A model generated the notes under the pieces. That model worked only from the letters and a program-made list of their open reading frames with translations. It searched no databases and was not told the DNA's origin. A stretch of DNA of 64,000 bases from Geosiphon pyriformis uo1 (Eukaryota; Fungi; Glomeromycota), in the NCBI GenBank assembly GCA_016748015.1, contig JAAOMT010000009.1, positions 2,291,861 to 2,355,860 of the forward strand, in the 5' to 3' direction. Made by a program: the position numbers and the translations under genes. Below are positions 51,111-62,909 of the stretch, one piece after another. Within the stretch, counting starts at the first letter, position 1; each line of letters starts with the position of its first letter.

Positions 51111-52496
51111 ATGGATTCCAGAAATTACAGCAATCTTAAAAATTATTTGGAAACCCTTACCATGCCAGAAAACTGGTCTCCAAGTGAAAAACATCGTTTA
51201 TAACACCAATCAAAACAATATTTCATACACCAGAACAAAATCTATTATAAAAATCACAGAAACCCAAACCAACCATTTAGATTAGTACAAGAGAATAAAA
51301 AAGAAACAATTTTATACAACATGTACACAGATCTGTTTTCAGCACACTTGGGAAAAAATGGAACAATTCAAAGAACTCTTAAACATTATTTTTGGCCTCA
51401 CATGCAAAAAAATATTCAACAATATGTAAAATTTTGTAATAGTTGTTAAAGAAAAGGAGGAACTCATCCCACAGAACCTTTAAATCCAATCAAAGTTGGG
51501 CAACCTTTTGACAGAGTTGGAATTGATTTAGTCAGACCATTATCTATCACAACCCAAGGAAATCGCTATATTGCAATAGCAGTAGATTATCTTACCAAAT
51601 GGCTTGAGACTAGAGCCATCCAAAAAGCAGATGCAAAATCAATAGCAAATTTTATTTATGAAGACATTATTTGTAGACATGGATGCCCAATTGAACTTTT
51701 ATCTGATCAAAGAACACATTTTGTGAACAACTTAATACAAGAAATTTGTGAACAGTTCAATGTCAAAAGAGCTCTATCATCATCTTATTACCTTTAAACA
51801 AATAGACTTGTAGAATGTTTCAACAGAACATTGTGTAAATCTCTACCCAAAGTCTTAACAAACTTTGAGCAGGAATGGAATATCTTTATTTCATCAGTGT
51901 TACTAGCATACAGAATGCTAAAACAAGATACTACAAAACACACACCATTTGATCTTATTTATGGAAGGACAGCAACATTACCAATTAATTTCACAGTGGA
52001 AACATACCCAGTGCAACCAATTAATAAAGAAAACTTTCAAAAAACACTCCAAAGAAGAGCCTACACTCTTCTTAGTACACTGGAAGGAAAAAAAAGAATA
52101 GCAGCAACTCATATTAAACATTTCCAAGCTTAACAAAAAGAAAGACATGACAACAAATTACCACCTATTACCAACGAATTTAAAGTTGGAAATAAAGTTC
52201 TCTTACACAGAACTAAGGCTGAAAAACAATGGAGTAAGAAATTTGAAAACAAATAGGATGAACCTTTTTATATTCACCAAATTTTAGGCAATAAATTATA
52301 CAAGTTAAGACTTGATGACAAAATACTAGCAAAAGTTGCACATGGAGACAGATTGAAACACTATCATTCCAGAAACAATCCTGAAACATTAATTCCACAA
52401 ATTGGTATACAATTCCCTTTAATTAATCCTGAAAATATTCCCCGAAATTTAGAACCAATAATTATAATAGAACAACAACCAAACTTGAACACTTAA
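51111..52496 (+). pseudogene. Stand-alone integrase ORF of A3
   Basis: ATG at 51111 (MDSRNYSNLKNYLETL), in a different frame from RNase H. Includes ORF 51831-52133. Confidence 0.92.
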
Positions 52497-52641
52497 ATTT
52501 TACAATAATTTTTTTAAAAAAACACAAAGACAAAAATAGTAAATAATTACAAAAAACACCCAAACCCAAAAACAAATAAAAACTCCATATCCAAAAAATA
52601 ATTTTCTTTATTCTTTCTTTTCATAATTAGTCAATTTTATC

Positions 52642-53350
52642 ATGATTATTCCCCGAAATATTCAACAAATATCCCAAAAGTTAATGTTAGTCTTGAAAAC
52701 ACTTCCTGACTTATCCATAACGATTAATGGAAGTTAAATTAATTACATTCAAAAAGAAACCACAGCCCCAGTAGCAAATCATTCACAGAACTATTACCTT
52801 TATAGAAGAAAAACAAGAAGCCACTCTGAAAATAGGTTACCAAGACTTTTGAAACAAGCACTAAAAGAAAATCTTTTAATTGCCCCTATAGACATTCCAC
52901 CAAATGCTACAATGCAACAAAAACTTCTACTACTTCTCAATGAACAGAACAATGAACACACCTCTATCTATAAATATTTTCACATTGGAAAGACATTTTA
53001 TGAACGAAAACTAGAACTTGAAACAACAAATTTCACTCCTGAAGCTATACAAAAACAAATCTACAATGAATTCAAAACAGCAGTTAGATTAACAAACACT
53101 TGCTACAAACTTAGAGCAGCTTTTAGACTCTATGATTTGTTTAATACTTGTGAAAATATTCTACAAAATCCAATACTGCAACCAATGAAAGTCCAATACA
53201 TTGGCAAAACTCACAGAACTAAAATTTCAACAATTTTCAGACCAGATTACTTCAATTATTTTGGATCACTATCTCAATATTACAGATAGTGCTTGGACTT
53301 TGATGGAGCTTAGTCTTAAGAAGGAGATTATGTTACTAGTAGAATTTTAG
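52642..53350 (+). pseudogene. ORF3 of A3 (unknown protein; stop lies inside the 3' LTR)
   Basis: MIIPRNIQQISQKLMLVLKTL...YRRKTRSHSENRLPRLLKQALKEN...AAFRLYDLF. One internal stop and one late frameshift. Confidence 0.82.
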
Positions 53351-54524
53351 CTATTAATTAGCATGAAATTACCCTTATAATTCCTATAATTAATTAGTAT
53401 ATTAATATTATTTCAAATTATCATTTATTATTTAATCAATTATTACATATCACGATTCAATTAAAATAATCTAATTAGTATAACAGAAAGTAGAATGATC
53501 AAATTACACAATACTTTGAACTTTGTAACATTCTAAAATTCGCCGAAATTTACAGAAATTCGCCGAAATTTATAAGAAATTCGCCGAAATTTATAGAAAT
53601 TCGCCGAAATTANNNNNNNNNNNNNNNNNNNNTCACGATTCAATTAAAATAATCTAATTAGTATAACAGAAAGTAGAATGATCAAATTACACAATACTTT
53701 GAACTTTGTAACATTCTAAAATTCGCCGAAATTTACAGAAATTCGCCGAAATTTATAAGAAATTCGCCGAAATTTATAGAAATTCGCCGAAATTATGAAT
53801 AGTTCACCCAAATTAATCAATAGTTCAGTGAAATAACTTGTAGTTCATCAAAATGTATCTTTAGTTTGCCGAAATTTGAGCAAAGAGAAAAAGTGCAAGT
53901 TTAAAGACTAGTACTACAACAAGTTGTATAAAAGAAGAGCTTTTCTTTTTAAGAAAATGTATTTTACTTTAGATTTATTACTTAGAACCATTCCTACACA
54001 CACAAAAAGAAATAAATATCAAATAATTTGAAAACCCAAATTTTTTAATTATTGCACTTAGAAAATCTTCAAAACTCAACTAACATTTTGAAATTGATTA
54101 GCTACCAATTTCAGTAAACTGTTAGTGACTCCAGGCCTGAATAGAAAACGTTTTCCTTGATAAAATCCTATTTCTTTTACATTTCTTTTATTTTTCTTTT
54201 CTTTTCTTATTACAATCATTAGGGTAGCCTACAAATGAGATTTCTGTAGAAGAGTTGACTTTCACAGCAAAGTAACTACACATTTTTAGTAAGCTTCCAG
54301 ACAAGCAATTCCTGGGAAAGAGTTGATATTACTACAACATAACTACATAAAGTAACTGGCAAGGAATTGGCCATTCCACTTATAAGCCCAGCAGTTCAAA
54401 TTATAGGAGATAATTTAAAGATAAATTCAGTTATTGGAAATTTAACTACTTCTAGAAAACATGAATTTGCAATCAACAAACAGTTACAACATTCAAAAAA
54501 AGAGACCAAAAACCTCCAGTAACA
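53331..54524 (+). repeat. 3' LTR of A3 (length inflated by an N-gap and duplicated overlap)
   Basis: Direct repeat of 44417-45385. Ns at 53613-53632. Confidence 0.93.
53613..53632. other. Assembly gap (20 N) with about 163 bp duplicated on either side
   Basis: 53450-53612 is repeated at 53633-53795. Confidence 0.95.
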
Positions 54525-54731
54525 CCAGCCACCATGCTAAAAAAAAATTAGACAGAATTACAACTCTGGAAGGCTACTGAAACAACTATTGAATCTCTGT
54601 TTATTATACAAAAAACTTCACCAAAACCTTCAGATTACCAAAACTTTTAGATATCAACACCATTATATCAATTGAGCACCAAGTTATGGGTTTGTTATTT
54701 GCTTTAAGACTCCAAATAATCATCTGTAATA
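54525..54731 (+). repeat. 3' LTR of B3, right segment
   Basis: Matches about 35354-35544. End decayed to CATCTGTAATA. Confidence 0.9.
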
Positions 54732-57700
54732 GTATACAGAAGCTAAAGATCTGTTAGTAAAACCAGTAGCCATGTGCAAATCAGGGTGTTACACCAATGA
54801 TAAGCTAAGCCAATTAATGTCAGAATGCAGATTATCTTCTAAAAACATAGAACCAGAACCAATCTTTTAATAAGTACAACAAATGGAATGAAAAACATTG
54901 CAAACAAAATATTTAGAGTTGCCAAAAACCATACAACTATTAGCTACCAAAAAACATTTATTTAAATGGAGAGAAAGATACCAATTAAAAAGAGAAGCAA
55001 CATTAGCAAATACATTAGCATGTTCATTCTCCAAAACACCAGAGTGGTCTTTTATCTTGAGCCAAAAAACTCTTAAATTCTTATTATAAATAACATTAAC
55101 AATATGCCAACACTTAACCCAACACTGATTGTGAAAGTCTGGAAACACCAAACCCAGTTCCGACTTACAAACATCCAAAACAGATTGACTATCTGAAAAC
55201 AAGTGAACAGAACTAAAAGAGAGAACACACTCCAGGGCCAACACAATAGCTTGTATCTCCACCAAGGTGAATAACATCAAACTCAAAACACCTACACTTA
55301 AATCCAAATTAATGTTCTCAAAAAAAACTGCAGCACCAGCCCTCTTGTTAACCATACCTAGATTCTTTAGAGACTTATCTGTATACACCAAAAAACTGCC
55401 AAAAACAACCCAAAAAAGTTGATCACAAACAAAGCCAAAGTCATGAGACTTAAGAATACTCAGAGAACCAATGCCATTTAAAACAGCAGGATGTGCAGAA
55501 GAAAAAGTCCTACCATCAAGAAATGCAGTAAAAAGCTTAAACCACTCAGAAGGGGGGCTGCAGGAGTCTAATCTTTTCCACTATTTGAAAGTGTACCAAT
55601 CATAAACAGCACTATAATGATCACAAAGTTGATCTATAAAGACAATGTCATATTTTCAAAGAGATGAAAGACACTTGAAAAAATTTGACTTACTAAGAAC
55701 AGCAAACATAAACACTCTACCACAAAAATGAAAAAAACTGACAAAAAAGTCACTCAAGAACAAATTGCACTTTAGAAGAATACAAACTATACTAGCCAGA
55801 AAGTTATCAGAAAAACTAATTTGAATATGAACAAAAAAACTCAAAGGATAAACAGGACACCAACACAAAACTTACAAGTTATAAGATTTGTGAGCAAACA
55901 AATGACCCAAAATTCTATTAGAATTTACAAAGCTAATAAAAAAAGCCACTTTACTTTCAGACTAAAGTTGGACAAAAGATTTTAAACCATAAAATAAAGG
56001 GTGATAGATCATATTGCTAAGAAAATTAGTAAAGAGACCTAACTTAGACTTCAAGCCTTTATAAATCAGAGCATCCTATTTGTTACATACACTAACTGAA
56101 AAAAAACTAAACTGTATTTTATAGCTAACAATAGAATAAAAAACAGCTAACACCAAATACAAAAACAGCTTATCCAAGATAGTTTTTTTCAGAACCAAAT
56201 TAACAAAAATGTGAATGTTTGAATGTGTTTTAGCCAAACTAGGCTTTGAGAGACCATCTGTTAAAAAAAAGATATCCAAGTATTGATGAGATTTACTCTT
56301 TTTGGTAATAGAAATAGGCAATCCACTAATAGACAAAAAAGGTGTATTGACTCTGCAATTAATGGGAATGGCCACTGTTTTGTTATTGTTAATGGAAATG
56401 TTATTGATTTGAAAAAATTCACTAGCAACATTAAGAATATGTTAAATAGCAGTCTGACTGCTACCAATTCAAATTGTATCATTAATGTAGGCACCAATGG
56501 CAAAAAAAGAAGAAATCTCAGTCCAAGACTTAGCATGACCACTTCCAGAAATAAAATAAGAACTTAATCTGTATTTACACACACTTATCTGTCTCTTGAC
56601 CTTACACAAAAAGGGATTATAAAATATATGTCACAAGAGAAAAAAGAAAACCTTACTTTGGTCTAAATTATTATGGACATAATAACCACTAATCAAACCA
56701 AAATCAGTTATAACTCTGTTGGTACAACTCCTATAAATACTACCAAAAAGTCAAATAAATTTGCTACACATTTTAATCCTAACCAAACTTTTCTTAAGAT
56801 GTTTCTAGCCAACCAAATCATACACCTTTTGTATATCCTGCAAAATTAGCTAGAACTCCCAGTTTTTTTTCAGAGCATTCTCAACCACCAAACCAATTGC
56901 AAAAATAAGAGACTGGATTGTTGTATCTTTTAAAACTGAAAAATTATCTTCACAAAAAATGTCAAAAGTGCTACAAGCCAATGAAATTCTATCAAAGAGA
57001 ATCTTGGATAGGATTTTGCAAGCAGTTTCAATTAAAACAATAGGCCAGGTGTTTGTTAGAACCTCCTCCTATTTATATAATTTGAAAATTATTGAGATCC
57101 AAGTCTCTTTTCAAAGACTAAGCACTGATTCACCAGAAAGACAAGAATTCAAGAACACCAAAAGCATATCCAGAACTGACCTGTTACAATATTTTCAAAG
57201 CTTATTTGAAATATCTAAAAGACCAGCAGCTTTGCCATCAAACAGATCAGAAATCACACCAAAAAGTTCATCAAACTCAATTGAACACATCACACCAGAA
57301 AAAGCTTCATCAAAAATGTACTCTAAAAGTTGATATTGATAAGACCATACATCAGAGATATCAGCAACCACACTATGTTTCCTAGTCCAATCCTTTATAA
57401 TTACATCTACCTTAAATTTAACCACATCAGGCTCCATAATCAGTTTGTTATTAACAACCAGATAGTTCAGCACCACCTTGCAGAAAAAATACTCCAAAAC
57501 ACTCTTAATAGTATAACTCTTATTCATTACAAAGCTCTCCATTTTCTTATCTATAGCAGACTTAATATTTGTCTCATTAACCTTCAGAAATTCAACAAGC
57601 TTGAATGCATGATAAAACTTTTTAATATCATAAAGAGCAAAATGTACACAATCAAAGCTCACATCAGTGTTTACAAGATTTTGAATAATTGAAGATTTAA

Positions 57701-58793
57701 CATTGTCCAAAAAGCCTTATTGTTTCATAAGAGAAACAAAACTAACAACACTCTTCTCACATAAAGCCCTAACAATCTTTGAAACCAAAAGCTTTAGCTT
57801 ATAAAACCTCAAAAAATTCTTGGTGAAGACATTACCAAAATCTTTGGACTATTTCTTTTTAAATATTTCACTAGCCAAAAGAGTTATTATTTTGCAAACA
57901 ATATTTCACATCTCATCCAGATCTGAAAATTTTACAGTGGCAGCAAACTTAACAGACAACATTGTAGTATTGGCTGATATAACTCCTTTAAAATTGTTTC
58001 ACTTATCCTGATCAGCACTTTTGAAATCAAACTTTCAACAATCTTTGTTTGCTTGTTTGTAAATAGAGTTTAATTGCATATTCAATAGTTCACCTAAATC
58101 CACAGACACAAAAACAGTTTGGTGATCTGTGTCAAAATGCTTACTAACATCTGAAACATCACAATGTACTATTACATTGACCAGATTCAGAGAAACAAAC
58201 ATGTAATTAATCATCTTTACAATGCCTCTTGAATTTTTCCAAGTAGGCTTCTTTACAGCCAAACTACCCACCAAAGAATTGACCAGCCCCAAATCAAGAC
58301 ACTTTTGATAACTTACATACTTATGAGAACCATTCTCATTGAAATTACCACCAAGGATGATAAAAGAAGATTCATTAAAAGTCTTTGTAATAAAAAAGTT
58401 GATATTACCAGTCTAAGAAAACCAAACCACCAAAGAAGCACCAACATAAAGCCCCAAAATTGAGACAGAATGTTTATTCTTAAAGAGTAATCTGATAGAA
58501 AAGAGTCAACTAGGCACCTCAAAAACTTTATACACATAATGAGCCAGAGAAATGTTCATGATAATGGCAACACCAGAATCCAAGTAACCCAAGTCCATAC
58601 CAGAAGTAAAGACATAGACACTATCAAACTTATTAACAAGCCACAGATGGACTTTATCCTTCAACTTAGTTTCAGTAATAATTGAAATCAAATTGCCCAT
58701 ATTTTTGTGCCAATAAACAATGTTTTCTTGTTTTGTAGGATTGTTCATATCTCAAATATTACATGTAGCAATCTTTCAAACCAAACTGTTCAT
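54732..58793 (-). pseudogene. LINE2 ORF2 (APE, RT, RNase H)
   Basis: ITETKLK (58506-58748), MAIPINCRV...QYLDIF (56076-56375), and RNase H VYTDKSL...IKDHSGVLENEHAN (54867-55391). Confidence 0.9.
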
Positions 58794-60627
58794 TGAGATA
58801 AAGAGAAAACTAATAAACTCAAACCAGAATACAAACAATCTAATCTCTTCAAAACTGAATTAAATGATATTTTCTTAGCCACCATTTTTTATTCCAAGCC
58901 TTCCACCTTGATGGTCAGAATCTTAGAACTGCTAGAGCTGAAATCAGCAACCACATCAAAACTGATAGAGGGAGGAGGGACAGATGACACCAACACATTA
59001 TCTACAACCATATCTGAATCCAAATTAGAAGCTAAAAGAATAGAAGCAACTAGAGGGGGAACATGAGAGGTTGTAATCAAAGGCATCAAATTCACAAAGT
59101 TCAACTTCTTTAAAAAAACAGAAAACTGATTAGTTAAAAGCTCTAAAGAGCATTCCAAGACTGCCAACTAATCAACCAAGCCAGAATTAATAAGGGAGAC
59201 AAAACCCAAAGAGAGAGATATCCCACCCAGAAAAGAATCAACACCAGATGGAACTGACAGAACCACATAAAATGAAAAGCCACCAGCAATTTAAGCCCAA
59301 GTTTTATCTCCAAATAAAACAGGACATGCAATAAGAGTCTGTTTTTTCTTATATATGTTGGCCAAACAAACCTGATTCTGAAAAGTTACCACATGTCTAT
59401 TATGACCACCAGAATTCCCATTCATTGAACAATCATTAAAGACATAACCAAAATGTTTATATAGAACACAACAGACCAAAAAAAGCCTAGCTTAATGTAA
59501 ATTCACACTCTTGAAAACAAAAACTGAACCAATAGCAGCCAATTTAGATGCCTTATCAGCAAAACACACTATCATACATCTATCATGCATATGGATTACA
59601 GTCAATAAAACAAGTTCTTTCACCATATAATTTCAATAAATCAGACAAATCATGAGCTGTGGTTCTAATTGGAAGAGTATACAACAGAGTCTAATAATGA
59701 TCCCTCATTATCCAAGATTCCCTGTCATCAATAGCTAAAATTACACACATTGAATATTTTTTCATGAAAACTGACTATTTGGAAACAACTGAACTAGTCA
59801 TATTTGATAATTCAAACTCCACTAAAGTTTTTTGCCAAAAACCAATCAGTTGTATTTTAATTGAGATAATTTTGTTAAATTTAGAGAACACAGATTCCAC
59901 AGCTGATTTGAAAAGATCTACTGGGATTTTTTTAACCACAATTTCCCAATTCATGTATTTGTTTATTTGTTTAATATTATTATTGACCAAGATTTTTTTA
60001 CTAACTGCTAATTTCCTAGTCTTTTTCAAACTCATTTCAGAAATAAATAAAGATTTAATGATCTTTAGGAATTTTGAGAGAATTGAAGCTCCCCCAAAAC
60101 CATTCACACAATAGAAAATTTTTTTAATTGAGATTAATTTATCACTATTGAACTTGCCTGACATGGTTGACAACTCTATATTCAATGTAAAGAATTTAAC
60201 TGGCTTGAAATTTCTCTTGTTTAGAACACATGACTCCACAATAGGCAACTGTTTGTTGTCAGAAAATTTGGGAACCAGAAGTGATAAAATATTGTCATTG
60301 TCATTACTTATATTACTGAAAGAAAGTTTTTTTAGCCAGCTGTCTAACACATATGTTTTGGTGCAAGTTTTTTTAGACATAATGTTGTCCATCATGTTAT
60401 TGTTTTCTAAAGCATTAGAATTTGTATAACTGGTCTCTTCTACCACTGTATTTTTCATGTTTTTTAGGTCTGAAATTTCACTAATACTGCTTGTCTTACT
60501 ATTAACCTCACTGCTCTAGGACTTTATAGGTTTATTGCCATTAGAAATTGTGTCAGTAAGATTAAAAAAACCAACAGAAATCTCGACTATACTACTGACA
60601 ATAGTAGGTTTTTTGGGTTTTTTGTAT
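58790..60627 (-). pseudogene. LINE2 ORF1
   Basis: VVKKIPVDLFKSAVESVFSKF (59775-60458) and AVLECSLELL (58889-59167). YKKPKKP at the right junction matches LINE1 ORF1. Confidence 0.88.
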
Positions 60628-61306
60628 TGTTACGGTTGAAACCCATAATTTTTATTAGTTATCACATGTATTAGCCACTGATATCATATAATTAGCCACT
60701 CTATTTTTAGATAGTAATCATTGATCTGACTGTTGACCTGATCATTGACCTGATCATTGACCTAGTCATTGATCTGGTCATTGACCACTTTCATTAGTTA
60801 TATAAGCGATGAGTCTCTTAGCTATAGAAAATTATCTCTCAGACAAGAATCAAATAAATAAAAATAACAACTTTTATCTCAATCATTCTCTTATCGCTAA
60901 TTTCCCTTTTCCTACCTTCAAGTATTCAAACATCTTAGGATAAAAGATTACTTGTTGGCCTTTTTCTGATGTATATAATTGTAGCATTTGAAGATTATTT
61001 GAATAAACGTGACTGAAAAGCACAAGTTGATACCTGATATTGAATTCTAAGAGCGTCGACGTGAGGCATAGAATTATACCAGTGGTGATCAATTATTGAT
61101 AGTACGGATTATTCCTCTATTTTCAGATTCCCCAGTTACCTTTGAAAAGAATAGTGACTGAAATATTTTATGAGACTGATCTCACACATTAAATCCATAC
61201 TCATTCAATTCGCTCTTTAAAATTGAATTCCTCTTTGATTATTTCCATCACTCTACAATCTTGTTCTCCTTTGCTATCCGTTAGCTTGTTACTCCAACCC
61301 ATAACA
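60628..61306 (+). repeat. 5' LTR of C2
   Basis: TGTTACGGTTG...CAACCCATAACA inverted termini, TATATAAG near 60799, PBS 6 nt downstream. The partner LTR is outside the window. Confidence 0.82.
60719..60786 (+). repeat. 12-bp tandem repeat (CATTGACCTGAT), about 5.5 copies, in the C2 LTR U3
   Basis: Read directly from the sequence. Confidence 0.9.
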
Positions 61307-61312
61307 TAAAAG

Positions 61313-61329
61313 TGGTGCTCCCTGTGAGG
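61313..61329 (+). promoter_or_regulatory. Primer-binding site of C2 (TGGTGCTCCCTGTGAGG)
   Basis: Identical to the B1 PBS. Confidence 0.88.
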
Positions 61330-61358
61330 TTGTCAAAATCTACTTTGTTTCTTATTGT

Positions 61359-62909
61359 ATGGGTGATTATTCATACCTGCCACAACAATTAGAAGAACAC
61401 TTTAAAACACACAACAAAAATGATCTAGACTTTATTGAACTCAATCCTTTGCTCTCCTGCTTGATTTGCTTTTCCATTGAAGAACAATCTAGCAAACAAT
61501 TCTAAGACTTTTGGAACTGGTTCTTGAATGAGCATTCAGCTGAAACCTACACAGCTTATACAATCTATTACTTTGACCAAGCTTATTTTGAAGATGACTT
61601 TGAAGGAAAAAACAACAGTATCAATCAGTTTTTATATTCTGCAACCTTTGAACAACAGCCCCCTGATTTTGAATATCTGAATCATCAAATCCACATTTGG
61701 ATTGCTGCCCATTAATTAACAGAAACTTCTCTTAAAACAGAAGAAGAAAGCTATCAAACTGCTCCTGTTTTTAATCTCTTTTTAAGTGAATCAGAACACT
61801 TCACACAAACAGTTACACCTGAACCAATGGCTCAAGACCCTCTACAACAAAACATTCTGATTGCCCTCCAAGGTATACAGACTGCTTTAGGGTGAAAAAA
61901 CAACACCCCATTACCATTATTCAGAGGTGATGCCTAAGACCCAATTAAATAGTTGGATGATTTTGAGAGAGCTGCTACAGCCAACCAATATGATGATGAA
62001 TACAAGTTTCAAATTGTTGGTGGCTACCTCCAAGGCTCTTTTGCTACCTGGTTTTCACAAGAAACCAATGCTAGTGCTCAACAAAGAATTGTTAGATGGG
62101 CTCCAGCAAATATTGGAGAAAACAACACCTCTTTCACTACCCAGTTTGAAAACAAATTCAGAACCCCCATCTTAATATCCAAATGGTGTATGAAATTAGA
62201 AAGAAGAACCCAAGGTTCTGGTGAAATTGTGACTGAATATGCCAAAGCAATCAGAAAACTCATCAAATATGTAGACTCTGGTAAAAACTGAACTGAAGAG
62301 CAAAAGATCCACTTCTTTACAAAAGAATTGAGAACTGATTTATCGTATGCTCTTTGGCCTCTCTTGGTTTTAAAAGATAATCCCACCATAAATATGGCCA
62401 TTGAACTCACCCAAAGAATTAAAGACAATCAAAAAATGTATTTGGGATCCACACTTCCAGTTTTTGCTCCTGCTTCTGTTATGGCTTCTACTCCTCAAAT
62501 GGCCACTACTTTTTTTGCTGCTCAGACACAAGATTCAAATAAACAATTAATAGATAGACTTACAGCAAATCTTGCTCGGCTATTAGAACCATTAGCCCAA
62601 GCAGTTAGAGATAACCAGCAACCACAAAGACCCAGATTTGAAAACCGTTTTAATCAGCCCCAGCAACCCCCTTACCAAAGACAGCAAAATTATGGCTCTC
62701 CTGTGTGTTATAGATGTGAATTAACTGGACATTTCTCCAGAGATTACAACAATCCTTCACTGCCTCCTCCAGCTCCCAGAAACAATGACAACCAAAACAA
62801 CCAACCCAATGACAATGTCCCCAATCAAAGACCCAATCATGCCAACATCAATTTTTTTGGAGAGGATTCCCTAATTGAAGCCATTGTTTATTAGCCTTTA
62901 AACTGGTAA
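61359..62909 (+). pseudogene. gag: gag of C2
   Basis: ATG at 61359. Capsid DDFERAATANQY...GGYLQG and RRTQGSGEIVTEY. Degenerate knuckle CYRCELTGHFSRDY. Confidence 0.88.

Larger units (their letters stand above)
44417..54524 (+). mobile_element. Full-length Ty3/Gypsy family A copy A3
   Basis: LTRs 44417-45385 and 53331-54524, PBS TGGTGCTC at 45388, PPT AAGAAGGAGATTA. Flanks CTGG and CCAG. The host LTR resumes immediately after 54524. Confidence 0.96.
34886..54731 (+). mobile_element. Ty3/Gypsy B-type copy B3 (5' LTR truncated, 3' LTR interrupted by A3)
   Basis: 5' LTR 34886-35544, PBS TGGTGCTTTCTGTGAAG at 35547, internal region to 43823, 3' LTR 43824-44416 plus 54525-54731. Confidence 0.93.
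54732..60627 (-). mobile_element. LINE2, related to LINE1 and more decayed; both ends cut by LTR element insertions
   Basis: ORF1 and ORF2 fragments homologous to LINE1. Left junction is the B3 LTR end; right junction is the C2 LTR start. Confidence 0.93.

Noticed and set aside
52642-53350. ORF3 as an envelope gene
   Set aside because: Too short, with no clear signal peptide, transmembrane anchor or Cys pattern.
53450-53795. Apparent 163-bp tandem duplication in the A3 3' LTR
   Set aside because: The two copies flank a 20-N gap and appear identical, typical of an unmerged contig overlap.
60719-60786. Short repeat arrays as CRISPR-like
   Set aside because: Head-to-tail repeats without unique spacers, inside LTRs, in a eukaryotic context with no cas genes.
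60883-61092. 69-aa minus-strand ORF in the C2 LTR
   Set aside because: Short, no recognisable motif, and no second copy in the window to test conservation.
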